Part shown: positions 11,131-20,126 of the stretch, in pieces
Numbering within the stretch: the first letter of the stretch is position 1
Layout of the letters: every line of letters starts with the position of its first letter
DNA from: an uncultured bacterium
GTDB lineage: Bacteria; Zixibacteria; MSB-5A5; GN15; FEB-12
Assembly: GCA_965372795.1 (NCBI GenBank)
Contig: CBDVDR010000014.1
Location: 23,391-87,390, forward strand
Direction: 5' to 3'
Length of the DNA: 64,000 bases
The notes under the pieces: model-generated
Seen by the model: the letters and a program-made list of their open reading frames with translations, nothing else
Database searches by the model: none
Told to the model about the DNA's origin: nothing
Position numbers and translations under genes: made by a program

Positions 11131-12180
11131 ATGAGAAAAATAATCGGGCTTGGTCTTATATTATTATTAATGGTAAGTTTAAGCTGGGCGAGCTATAACC
11201 GGCTTGAAGCACGATTGGTTATCCCGGAAACAAGTTTGATATTTTCCCATTCTTTTCATGTTGATGAACAGGAGATTGAATGTACCTCCTGTCACCCGGA
11301 GATTGAAAACAGCAAGCTGTCCTCCGATAGAAATCTGCCAACTATGGAAGAGTGTGAAGCCTGTCATGATGTTGATGATGATGAAACCTGTGGGATGTGT
11401 CATAAAGTTGCCGATGAACCGGAAGAATTAATTAACCCGGACAGACCAATAGATTTCAATCATGAGCTGCATCTATCTTCAGGGATGGAGTGTTCTGGCT
11501 GTCATGGTGAGGTTGGCAAAGTAGAAATCCTTACCGATGATAATCTCCCGGATAAGAAAACATGCATGAACTGTCATAATAATGTTAAGGCGGATGGCTC
11601 CTGTGAAAAATGTCACAGCGACAAAATAACGCTTACAGACATACACCCCAAAGAGTGGCGGCATACCCATGCGGAGAATATAAATTTTGACAACGAATGG
11701 TGCAGTAACTGCCATAAAATAGAACGTGATTGTCTTGAGTGCCACAAAGGTGACAACACTACCGGAAAGATTCACGACCTGAACTATCGTTTGACTCATG
11801 GACTTGATGCTAACAGCAAAGCTCTTGATTGTCAAAAATGTCACGACCGTGAAAATTTCTGTAACACCTGTCATATTCGTGAACTTCGACTGCCGTTGAA
11901 TCATTCGTCACTTGGATGGATAGGACAACATTCTCAAGCAGCAAAAAATGATATTGAAAATTGCGCTTCCTGCCATATGTCTGATGATTTAACCTGCGCC
12001 CGAGCCGGATGTCATTCTGATTTTGACGGGATCAGGGGAACTGACCCTAAAATTCATATTAGCGGAGCCGAACAGTTTGAATCCGAGGGAGATTGGCATA
12101 ATGACAATAATTTTTATTGTTAAAAATGTCATACTCGTTCAAACCAAACAGAAATAGGATTTTGTTCTTATTGTCATTAA
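11131..12180 (+). CDS. periplasmic multiheme cytochrome c (c3-like), 14 heme motifs if read through an internal TAA at 12121-12123
   Basis: 11 CxxCH + 1 CxxxxCH before the stop; the frame continues C-[TAA]-KCH-TRSNQTEIGF-CSYCH to TAA at 12180. Confidence 0.9.
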
Positions 12181-12207
12181 TGATGATAGGATACCGGGAG
12201 TTAATTG

Positions 12208-15200
12208 ATGCTGATTAAAAATATGATTAAAATTTTCATATTAGGGATAATATTCTGTTTTTTTATTATAGCAGGGTGCAGTGATAAAAATGATTTTCAG
12301 AATGAATCCCATCCGGATTCCTGGATGGATGTTAATTCATCTGATTTCCATGGTCATGTTACCCTTGTAAACGGAGATGATCATTGCAAACGCTGCCATG
12401 GAGATGATCTCAATGGCGGTGATGTGGAAATATCCTGCGTTGATTGTCATCAGCACGAAAATGCCTGTTCAAGCTGTCACGGTGGAAAAGATAATCTGAC
12501 CGGCGCCCCGCCATTTGGATTACATGGTGAAATAGATGATACAACTTTAGCCGTTGGCGCCCATACGGCTCATGTCGAATCCGGTGAAATTGCAGCAGCT
12601 TTAAATTGCGAAGTTTGTCACATCATGCCGACAACAATGATGGATTCGGCTCATTTCAATTTTGTACTTATTGACAGCATCTTAATATTAGATTCGATAG
12701 CAGAAATTAATTGGAGCGGTATCGCCGGAGAAGATGCTGATTGGGGCAGATCTGATAGAAAATGCAACAACACTTATTGTCATGGTAATTTTTCAGGCGG
12801 TGACAGTTTAAACTCCCCGGTCTGGACGGATGCAAATCAAGCTGAGTGCGGTTCATGTCATGATGCTGGTACTGATCCGGCAAGTCTGTTATGGCATCAT
12901 GAATTTCATATTTCAACTGCTGGCTTAAATTGTTCAGATTGTCATGCCGGTGTTGTCGATTCCTTGTTGAACATTACTGATATCAGTCTTCATGTGAACG
13001 GTCTTGTTGATACATTGGTAAACGATATTTCCCTATGCAGCAGCTGTCATGGAAGCGGATCGGCATCCTGCACCGGATGTCACGGCGGGACCGATAATTT
13101 ATCCGGGGCTCCCCCGTTTGGGTTGCATAGTGAAACAGCTACAACCGAAAGAGCTGTCGGAGCCCATACCGCTCATCTATCAGATAGTGATATTACGGAT
13201 GCTTTTGAATGTTCCAGTTGTCATTTGGTTCCGAATTTCCTATCAGATGAAGGTCATCTGGGTGATGATTCAATAGCCGAAGTTTCATGGAGTTTCCTTG
13301 CCGGAGAACAAACTATCTGGGATCGTGACATTCAAACTTGTTCAAATTCTTATTGTCATGGTAATTTTACCGGCGGTTATGATTCCAATTCTCCAAGATG
13401 GAATCAGGAAAATCAGGCTGAATGCGGATCATGTCATAATGTTGGAAGTCGTCCAAGTGACCTGGGTTGGAAGCATGAGTTCCATATCACCTCAGCCGGC
13501 TTGGATTGCAGTAACTGTCATTCAACAGTTATAGATTCAAATTTAGTAATAACCGATATAACTTTGCACGTCAACGGTAATGTTGACACCTTGACATCTG
13601 ATACAACCTTATGTGTCAGCTGTCATAGTGATGGAGCCCTCTCATGTACCGGCTGTCATGGCGGTGATTTAAATGATACCGGTGCCCCTCCCAAAGGATT
13701 AAGCGGTGAAACGGCTACTACTGATCTTGCTGTTGGTGCCCACACTGCTCATGTCAGTGGTGGATCAATCGCCAATGCGATGACCTGTGCTGCCTGCCAT
13801 TTGGAGCCGGACAACATAGCCTCCCCCGGACATTTAGACCCTGATTCAATCGCGGAATTAACCTGGGGCGATATATCAGGCGATCAATCTATCTGGAACC
13901 GCAGTAATGCCAAATGCAGTAATGTTTATTGTCATGGTAATTTCACCGGAGGTAATAATGCCAATGCACCAATCTGGACAGGAACCGATCAAGCATCCTG
14001 CGGATCATGCCATAATGTTGATAACAATTATGCCAACTTAAAATGGGAGCATCAACTTCATATAGAAATCGGCGGACTTGCGTGCGATGATTGTCATTCC
14101 TCGGTTGTTAATACCAGTTTACAAATAATAAACACTTCTTTGCATGTTAACGGCTCGGTTGATCTGCTGACTAAAGATCAGGCAAAGTGTGATGTATGTC
14201 ATAAGCCGGGAGCGGTGTTGTGCACGATGTGTCATGGCGGTATCGATAATCAAAGCGGGGCGCCTCCCACATCATTAACCGGAGAAACTCTGCCAAGTCA
14301 CATTTCAGTTGGAGCACATAGTTCACACATAGACGGCAATGTTTTATCTGATGGGGTTGAGTGCAACGACTGTCATGAGGTTCCGGTCGCTGTTTTAGAA
14401 GCCGGACATATTGATGCTGATTCAATTGCAGAATTAAGTTTCAATGGAATCTCGGGTTTCCAATCCGATTGGGATCGAGTTTCGGAAAGTTGTTCTGATA
14501 CTTATTGTCATGGGAATTTTAACGGCGGGAATTCTTCGAACAGTCCAAGCTGGACCGGATTAAATCAGGCAGAATGCGGATCGTGCCATAATGATGGTTC
14601 TCAGCCTGATGAGCTTAAATGGAAACATAAATATCATATCACTGATTTAAATTTTGAATGTGTCGATTGTCATGCAAATGTGGTGGATCTTGATAATAAT
14701 ATTATCGGCTTTGACCTGCATATAAACGGTGTTGCCGATACACTGGCGAATAATCCGGCGGCGTGTAATGCCTGTCATGGTCCTGTAGGAGTTACTTGTA
14801 CTTTCTGTCATGGTGGTACTGATAATATCACAGGCGCACCTCCCCAAGGTCTCGATGATGAAGTAGCTACATCCGAACTGGCGGTTGGTGCCCATACTAT
14901 CCACTTGGACGGTGGGTCAAAGTCTCATTCGTTTGAATGCAGCACTTGTCATCTCGTTCCAGTTGTAGCTTTAGATTTAAGTGAAGCCCATTATATGGAA
15001 GTTGAACCTGATGACATTGCAGAAATTATCTGGGGTGGATTATCCGGTGAAAATGCAAACTGGGACCGTAACGATTCGACCTGTAGCGGGACCTATTGTC
15101 ATGGAGATTTCCGAGGTGGTAACCAAGCTAACTCACCGAACTGGACTGGAGGTTCGGTAGAAGGTCAATGCGGTTCTTGTCACGCCTTTACAATTGAAAA

Positions 15201-15429
15201 TTCTAACTTGCTGCTTGATAAACATGAAAAGCATGTTAAGGATGAAGATATTGAATGTTACCAATGTCATAATTTAACAGTTGATCAGAATTTAATTATA
15301 ATCGGTCATAGGTATCATGTTGACGGTATTAACACTGTTAGCTTTTCATCCGAAGAAGGCAGTTTTGATGGTGCCGGATGCTCCGGTGTTATAAGCTGTC
15401 ACGGTGATAATGAATCTAAGGACTGGTAA
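12208..15429 (+). CDS. giant multiheme cytochrome c lipoprotein (CxxCH/CxxxxCH repeats, ~32 hemes)
   Basis: GGGAG SD 7 nt before ATG 12208; lipobox IAGC; manual count of 26 CxxCH, 5 CxxxxCH and 1 CxxxxxCH. Confidence 0.93.
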   Translation: MLIKNMIKIFILGIIFCFFIIAGCSDKNDFQNESHPDSWMDVNSSDFHGHVTLVNGDDHCKRCHGDDLNGGDVEISCVDCHQHENACSSCHGGKDNLTGAPPFGLHGEIDDTTLAVGAHTAHVESGEIAAALNCEVCHIMPTTMMDSAHFNFVLIDSILILDSIAEINWSGIAGEDADWGRSDRKCNNTYCHGNFSGGDSLNSPVWTDANQAECGSCHDAGTDPASLLWHHEFHISTAGLNCSDCHAGVVDSLLNITDISLHVNGLVDTLVNDISLCSSCHGSGSASCTGCHGGTDNLSGAPPFGLHSETATTERAVGAHTAHLSDSDITDAFECSSCHLVPNFLSDEGHLGDDSIAEVSWSFLAGEQTIWDRDIQTCSNSYCHGNFTGGYDSNSPRWNQENQAECGSCHNVGSRPSDLGWKHEFHITSAGLDCSNCHSTVIDSNLVITDITLHVNGNVDTLTSDTTLCVSCHSDGALSCTGCHGGDLNDTGAPPKGLSGETATTDLAVGAHTAHVSGGSIANAMTCAACHLEPDNIASPGHLDPDSIAELTWGDISGDQSIWNRSNAKCSNVYCHGNFTGGNNANAPIWTGTDQASCGSCHNVDNNYANLKWEHQLHIEIGGLACDDCHSSVVNTSLQIINTSLHVNGSVDLLTKDQAKCDVCHKPGAVLCTMCHGGIDNQSGAPPTSLTGETLPSHISVGAHSSHIDGNVLSDGVECNDCHEVPVAVLEAGHIDADSIAELSFNGISGFQSDWDRVSESCSDTYCHGNFNGGNSSNSPSWTGLNQAECGSCHNDGSQPDELKWKHKYHITDLNFECVDCHANVVDLDNNIIGFDLHINGVADTLANNPAACNACHGPVGVTCTFCHGGTDNITGAPPQGLDDEVATSELAVGAHTIHLDGGSKSHSFECSTCHLVPVVALDLSEAHYMEVEPDDIAEIIWGGLSGENANWDRNDSTCSGTYCHGDFRGGNQANSPNWTGGSVEGQCGSCHAFTIENSNLLLDKHEKHVKDEDIECYQCHNLTVDQNLIIIGHRYHVDGINTVSFSSEEGSFDGAGCSGVISCHGDNESKDW
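12502..15330 (+). repeat. five tandem ~576-bp (192-aa) six-heme modules within the giant cytochrome
   Basis: GAPP motif codons start at 12502, 13105, 13681, 14257 and 14833 (spacings 603, 576, 576, 576). Confidence 0.9.
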
Positions 15430-15457
15430 AAGTCTTCATATTTAACAGATAATATTA

Positions 15458-18400
15458 TTATTCAAATGACGGTATTTGAAGTTCTTTCACTGCCGGTTCT
15501 ACTTCTTCCGATGTCATAGCTTTTTGATTAACTATACTGGCAGATCTAATTCGCAGACTGTTCAAAACTAAAAATGAAGCCGGTAAGATCAGTAGCAGAA
15601 TAAAAGTACCAAACAACAATCCATAAGCGACCGAAACCGCCATCGGAATCAGAAATTGTGCCTGACGGCTTGTTTCCAAAATCAAAGGCGCTAAACCTAA
15701 AGCTGTTGTAAGAGTTGTCAAAAGAATTGGGCGCAATCGAGAGATTGCGGCATTATAAACGGCATCGTAAACTTTTTGACCGGCACGAAGATTCTTATTT
15801 ATTCTATCAACCAGAACTATACTATCATTAATAATGATTCCAGACAGTGCAATAATTCCAAACAGTGACAACATATTAATTTGTAATCCCTGAATGCCAT
15901 GCCCCCATATTGCTCCAAGCATTCCAATCGGAATAAGTGAGAAAATAATAAGAGACTGAGCATAGGATCTGAACACCAAAATAACTAAAATAAACATCCC
16001 CATCAAAGCCATAGGAAATGCTGTTTTCATAGATTTTTGAATTTTAGCCTGATCCCGAGATTGACCTTCAAATTGAGCCGTAATTCCCTGAACTTGTCCA
16101 AGAACTCTGGGTAATACCTCTATTTCAATTTCTGCTAATATAGGCGGTAAATCATCTTCATGATTAGCCTGATTAGCTTCAACTTTTATTTCTCTTTTAC
16201 GATTGAGATGGCTGATTGAGGTCAATCCCCGCTCAATCTTATAGGTCGCTAATTCAGAAAATGGGAATTCATTGCCGTTTAAGGTTCTAATTCTCATTTG
16301 ATCAAGCTGCCCCAGTGTGCTTCGATCTTCATCAGAGTATCTAACCCAAACCCGAATTTCATCCCGACCTCTTTGAATTCTTTGGATCTCCTGACCATAG
16401 AAACCCTGTCGTACTTGCTGAGCAATATCATCCAAGGTCAGTCCAAGCGAATATGCTTTTGGTTTAAGTTCTATATTAATTTCACGTCTGCCCTTTTGAT
16501 CAGTATCAGCAACATCTTTTAAAGTATTAAAATTCTTTAATTCTGCCAGAAGTAAATCTTTTGCTTTATTTAATTGCTCATAATCGTTGCCCAACAAACT
16601 AATTGAAACAGCTTTTCCAAAATGTCCTAAAACACCAAATGAGATTTTTTCAACTCCCATGATGTCACCAATTCGTGCACGGATTCGATTTCCGATAACA
16701 TCACTATCCATATCACGAATTTCACCTTCAATTAGCTGTATCAATAAATTTCCAGCATTGGACCCTTTATCCCCAAAAGCGTTACTTCCAATTTGCCGAC
16801 TTATACCGGTTATAACATCTAACCCGTCTTCTCTTTCATTTTTTAATTCGTCATTGATTTCCCAACAAATGTTTTCAATTTTCTCAAGAATTTGATCGGT
16901 GTCTGCTTCTTGTCTTCCGGAAACCAAAGAAACATTGATCGGAATTATATCGCCGTCAATAAAAGGGAAAAATGTTAAGCCAATAACACCTCCTCCAATT
17001 AAACCGATGGTCATAAATACCAGTGCGATTGGTGTGACGAGAGTGATGAGTTTATGTTTAAGCGTCTTTTTTAATGCGGGCGCATAAATTTTGTAAGTTA
17101 AGTAATCAATAGATTTTTCAATTTTCTTTCTGATATTTGAATCTTCTTTATGAGGTTTTAAGCCTTTAGAATGAGCCAAATGAGCCGGTAAAATAAAGAA
17201 TGCTTCAAATAGAGAAAAGAGCAGCGAAGCAATTACAACGACAGCAATTTGCCAGATAAATTTTCCAAGCATCCCATCCAAAAAGAAAAACGGTGTAAAA
17301 GCTATGACCGTTGTTAAAACAGAAGTTGCAACCGGCGTTATTACTTCCATTGTCCCATCAACGGCCGCCCTATACGCCGATTTACCCTTTTCAAAGTGGG
17401 CATATATATTTTCACCAACAACAATGGCATCATCCACTAAAATACCGACAACAATGATCATCCCAAAAAGAGATATAACATTTATCGTTAAGCCAACAAA
17501 TGAAGCAATGATAAACATACCGGCAAACGAAAATGGGATAGAAACTGCCACCCAGAATGAAAGGCGCAGATTCAGGAAAAATCCAAGAGTAATCATGATT
17601 AAAATTAAACCTATTATTCCATTAAAAATTAATAAGTCAATTCTTTGACGAAGAGGAACTGTCCGATCATCAACAACCAAAGCAGTAACATTTTCATGAG
17701 TTTCATTAAAGGAAGCAACCGATTCATTAGTATAATCGGCAATACCAATAATATCCTCTCCTTCGGCTTGATCAATTCCTAAAATGAGAGCGGTATGGCT
17801 GTTGTAATATTGTTTATCCGGTATATCCCGCCACTTCTCTTTTATTTCAGCAATATCACTTAGAGTTATAAAAGTTCCGTCAGAATTCGCCCTGACAGGG
17901 ATATCTCTTAATTCACGGGCGTGATAATCCCGTCCCCAGACCCTGATCAGAATTTCTTCAGTTTCCGTTTCAATTTTACCGCCGGAGATATTAACATTTG
18001 CTTTGCGTACTGCACTGGCTATTTCATTAAAAGTAAGTTGATACCGACGCATATCCGCTTCTGAGACTTCAATGGAAAACTCCAGATCAGGCAACCCGGA
18101 AATTGCGACCTGAGAAATTAAGTCATTTGATAACAAATTATCGCGGAATTCCTCAGTTATATATTTTAAATTATACAGATCAGTCTTGCCGTAAATAACA
18201 ACCGATAATGATTTAGTTCGGAAAGTTTGTCCAAAGATAATCGGTTTTTCAGCATCCACCGGAAATGAATTAATTCGATCAATTGCATTTTTAACATCTG
18301 CAACAACCTCATCAATATCGGATCCTTTTATAGTTTCGACTGTTACTGTCCCGATATGTTCCTGTGACAGCGAGGTGACTCGTTCAACGCCGGATAAACC

Positions 18401-18619
18401 CTCAAGGTTTTCCTCAATCTTTAAGACCACTCCCTCAGCAACCTCACTGGGTGATGCACCGGGATATGGAATTTGAATAATAATTATATCTGGTAAAATT
18501 TCCGGGAAAAAGGAATACCGCATCTGAGACATTGAAATAATTCCAAAAATAATAATGCTCAACATTATTACATTGGTCCAGATCGGGTATTTAATTAGAT
18601 ATTCAATAACTTTACGCAT
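15458..18619 (-). CDS. RND efflux permease (AcrB/AcrD/AcrF family)
   Basis: YPGASP.EV, GILVDDAIVVGENI, RLRPILLTTLTT.LGL.PL; 1053 aa. Confidence 0.95.
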   Translation of the reverse strand: MRKVIEYLIKYPIWTNVIMLSIIIFGIISMSQMRYSFFPEILPDIIIIQIPYPGASPSEVAEGVVLKIEENLEGLSGVERVTSLSQEHIGTVTVETIKGSDIDEVVADVKNAIDRINSFPVDAEKPIIFGQTFRTKSLSVVIYGKTDLYNLKYITEEFRDNLLSNDLISQVAISGLPDLEFSIEVSEADMRRYQLTFNEIASAVRKANVNISGGKIETETEEILIRVWGRDYHARELRDIPVRANSDGTFITLSDIAEIKEKWRDIPDKQYYNSHTALILGIDQAEGEDIIGIADYTNESVASFNETHENVTALVVDDRTVPLRQRIDLLIFNGIIGLILIMITLGFFLNLRLSFWVAVSIPFSFAGMFIIASFVGLTINVISLFGMIIVVGILVDDAIVVGENIYAHFEKGKSAYRAAVDGTMEVITPVATSVLTTVIAFTPFFFLDGMLGKFIWQIAVVVIASLLFSLFEAFFILPAHLAHSKGLKPHKEDSNIRKKIEKSIDYLTYKIYAPALKKTLKHKLITLVTPIALVFMTIGLIGGGVIGLTFFPFIDGDIIPINVSLVSGRQEADTDQILEKIENICWEINDELKNEREDGLDVITGISRQIGSNAFGDKGSNAGNLLIQLIEGEIRDMDSDVIGNRIRARIGDIMGVEKISFGVLGHFGKAVSISLLGNDYEQLNKAKDLLLAELKNFNTLKDVADTDQKGRREINIELKPKAYSLGLTLDDIAQQVRQGFYGQEIQRIQRGRDEIRVWVRYSDEDRSTLGQLDQMRIRTLNGNEFPFSELATYKIERGLTSISHLNRKREIKVEANQANHEDDLPPILAEIEIEVLPRVLGQVQGITAQFEGQSRDQAKIQKSMKTAFPMALMGMFILVILVFRSYAQSLIIFSLIPIGMLGAIWGHGIQGLQINMLSLFGIIALSGIIINDSIVLVDRINKNLRAGQKVYDAVYNAAISRLRPILLTTLTTALGLAPLILETSRQAQFLIPMAVSVAYGLLFGTFILLLILPASFLVLNSLRIRSASIVNQKAMTSEEVEPAVKELQIPSFE

Positions 18620-18620
18620 T

Positions 18621-19766
18621 CTAAATGCCTCGTTCCAAAGAAGTTTCCATTACCGGTTTGGCAGGCATTCCCGGGGCAACACCCTGTAAGATTTCGACTA
18701 CCAGAGTATCACCATCGGATAAACCGTTGGTTACTATCACAGATTTATCTTCTTCTCTTAGAATATTAACTTTTTTGTATTCAAGTTTTCCATCAACTAT
18801 TATATATACGAACGATTTATCATAAATGGCACGACGTGGAACCGAATAGGCATTTTCGATATGTACACCGGGAATTTTCCCTTCCAAAAATAATCCGTTT
18901 ATTAAACTACTTTGTAAATCGTTTTCGATTCCGACATAAACAGGAATTGTCTGAGTTCTTTCATCTATACTGCTGCCGATTCTTCTGATGGTTCCTTCCC
19001 ATTTGCCAGCAGATTCATTGCTGGTAAAATTAACCGGTCTATTGTAATCAATCCATTGGACATCTTCTGCCGGAATTGAAATTTCGACTTCAAAATCTTC
19101 AAGATTGATAATTTTTCCTAATAAAGAATTAACACCGGTATTTGTGGCTACGCGCTTACTGGTCGCAACAATTGTTCCATTAAAAGGAGCATAGAGATAA
19201 TATTTTTCGAGTTTAATTTCTAATTCTTTAATACTGAAATACAATTTATAAATATTGAATCGAGCTAAATATAACTTTACTTTGTTCGATGAAACTTCAG
19301 GAAGCGACTTTAATTGCTGATCAAAATTGCAATTTTTGAAGTACTTATTCCACAATTTAGACTCATCAGGAAATTCACTTTTAATTTCCGGCAGAAACTG
19401 GCCAAGGGCTGTAAGAAGTTCACTAATTTTACTATTGATAGTCAATTTGGTTTGCCGATCATCAATCATGATTAACAGATCACCTTTATTAAATGACTGT
19501 CCCGGCAAAAAATTAACATTGCCCTTTCTTAAAGTCCCGCTAACTTCGCTAATGAGATCTACGGGTTGAGTCGATCTGATTTTACCAAACCCACTAATTT
19601 TAGTTTCAATTGATTCAAATTTAACTATTTCAGAAGAAACAATTTTGGGGCGAATTTGTTGAGTGCGATGTCCGGAATCCTCTCGAAAATTAAGTAACAT
19701 TTTCATGGCGATAAAGCCAATTATTAAAATACCAATCGGTAATAAAAATTTAGTCGCTCGTTTCAT
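18621..19766 (-). CDS. RND membrane fusion (periplasmic adaptor) protein
   Basis: N-terminal TM, SEVSG, APFNG, VPRRAI, GL.DGD; adjacent to the RND permease. ATG at 19766 preferred. Confidence 0.9.
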   Translation of the reverse strand: MKRATKFLLPIGILIIGFIAMKMLLNFREDSGHRTQQIRPKIVSSEIVKFESIETKISGFGKIRSTQPVDLISEVSGTLRKGNVNFLPGQSFNKGDLLIMIDDRQTKLTINSKISELLTALGQFLPEIKSEFPDESKLWNKYFKNCNFDQQLKSLPEVSSNKVKLYLARFNIYKLYFSIKELEIKLEKYYLYAPFNGTIVATSKRVATNTGVNSLLGKIINLEDFEVEISIPAEDVQWIDYNRPVNFTSNESAGKWEGTIRRIGSSIDERTQTIPVYVGIENDLQSSLINGLFLEGKIPGVHIENAYSVPRRAIYDKSFVYIIVDGKLEYKKVNILREEDKSVIVTNGLSDGDTLVVEILQGVAPGMPAKPVMETSLERGI

Positions 19767-19907
19767 CAATATCCCTTTCAATCAATTTTCAACCACAGTT
19801 CAGAAAATCAAAATAACAAATATTCCATAGAAAGACACTACAAAAGCTTTTTAGATTAATTATTTCAATATTAAACTTTAATCTTCTTCGATTGTTCCAC
19901 TAAAGTT

Positions 19908-20072
19908 ATGATAATCTTATCGTTAGTAGTTGATAAAGTCATTTCTACCGGTAGAGCCGCTATTTGGAGTTGTGGTGAAGATAACTATGGCTCAATTATC
20001 ATAGCTCAAAAACTCGGTTTTGAAGAACATAAAAAATTACACTATCTCATACCGACTAATCACAAATCATGA
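19908..20072 (+). pseudogene. 3' remnant of a GNAT acetyltransferase gene (54 codons)
   Basis: Translates MIILSLVVDKVISTGRAAIWSCGEDNYGSIIIAQKLGFEEHKKLHYLIPTNHKS*. It has the GNAT motif-B pattern N.xS..xA.KLGF; in-frame TAA at 19872 upstream and no motif A. Confidence 0.6.
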
Positions 20073-20090
20073 ATTAAATATTAATTGTAT

Positions 20091-20121
20091 AAAAAAACCG
20101 GAGGGAAAATCCTCCGGCTTT
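20091..20121 (-). terminator. intrinsic terminator after the M56 gene
   Basis: Minus strand GCCGGAGG-attttc-CCTCCGGT followed by a T run. Confidence 0.8.
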
Positions 20122-20126
20122 AAAAA

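Noticed and set aside
12121..12123. Genome-wide stop-codon reassignment or selenocysteine
   Set aside because: The codon is TAA, not TGA, and TAA terminates many conserved genes here at their expected lengths.
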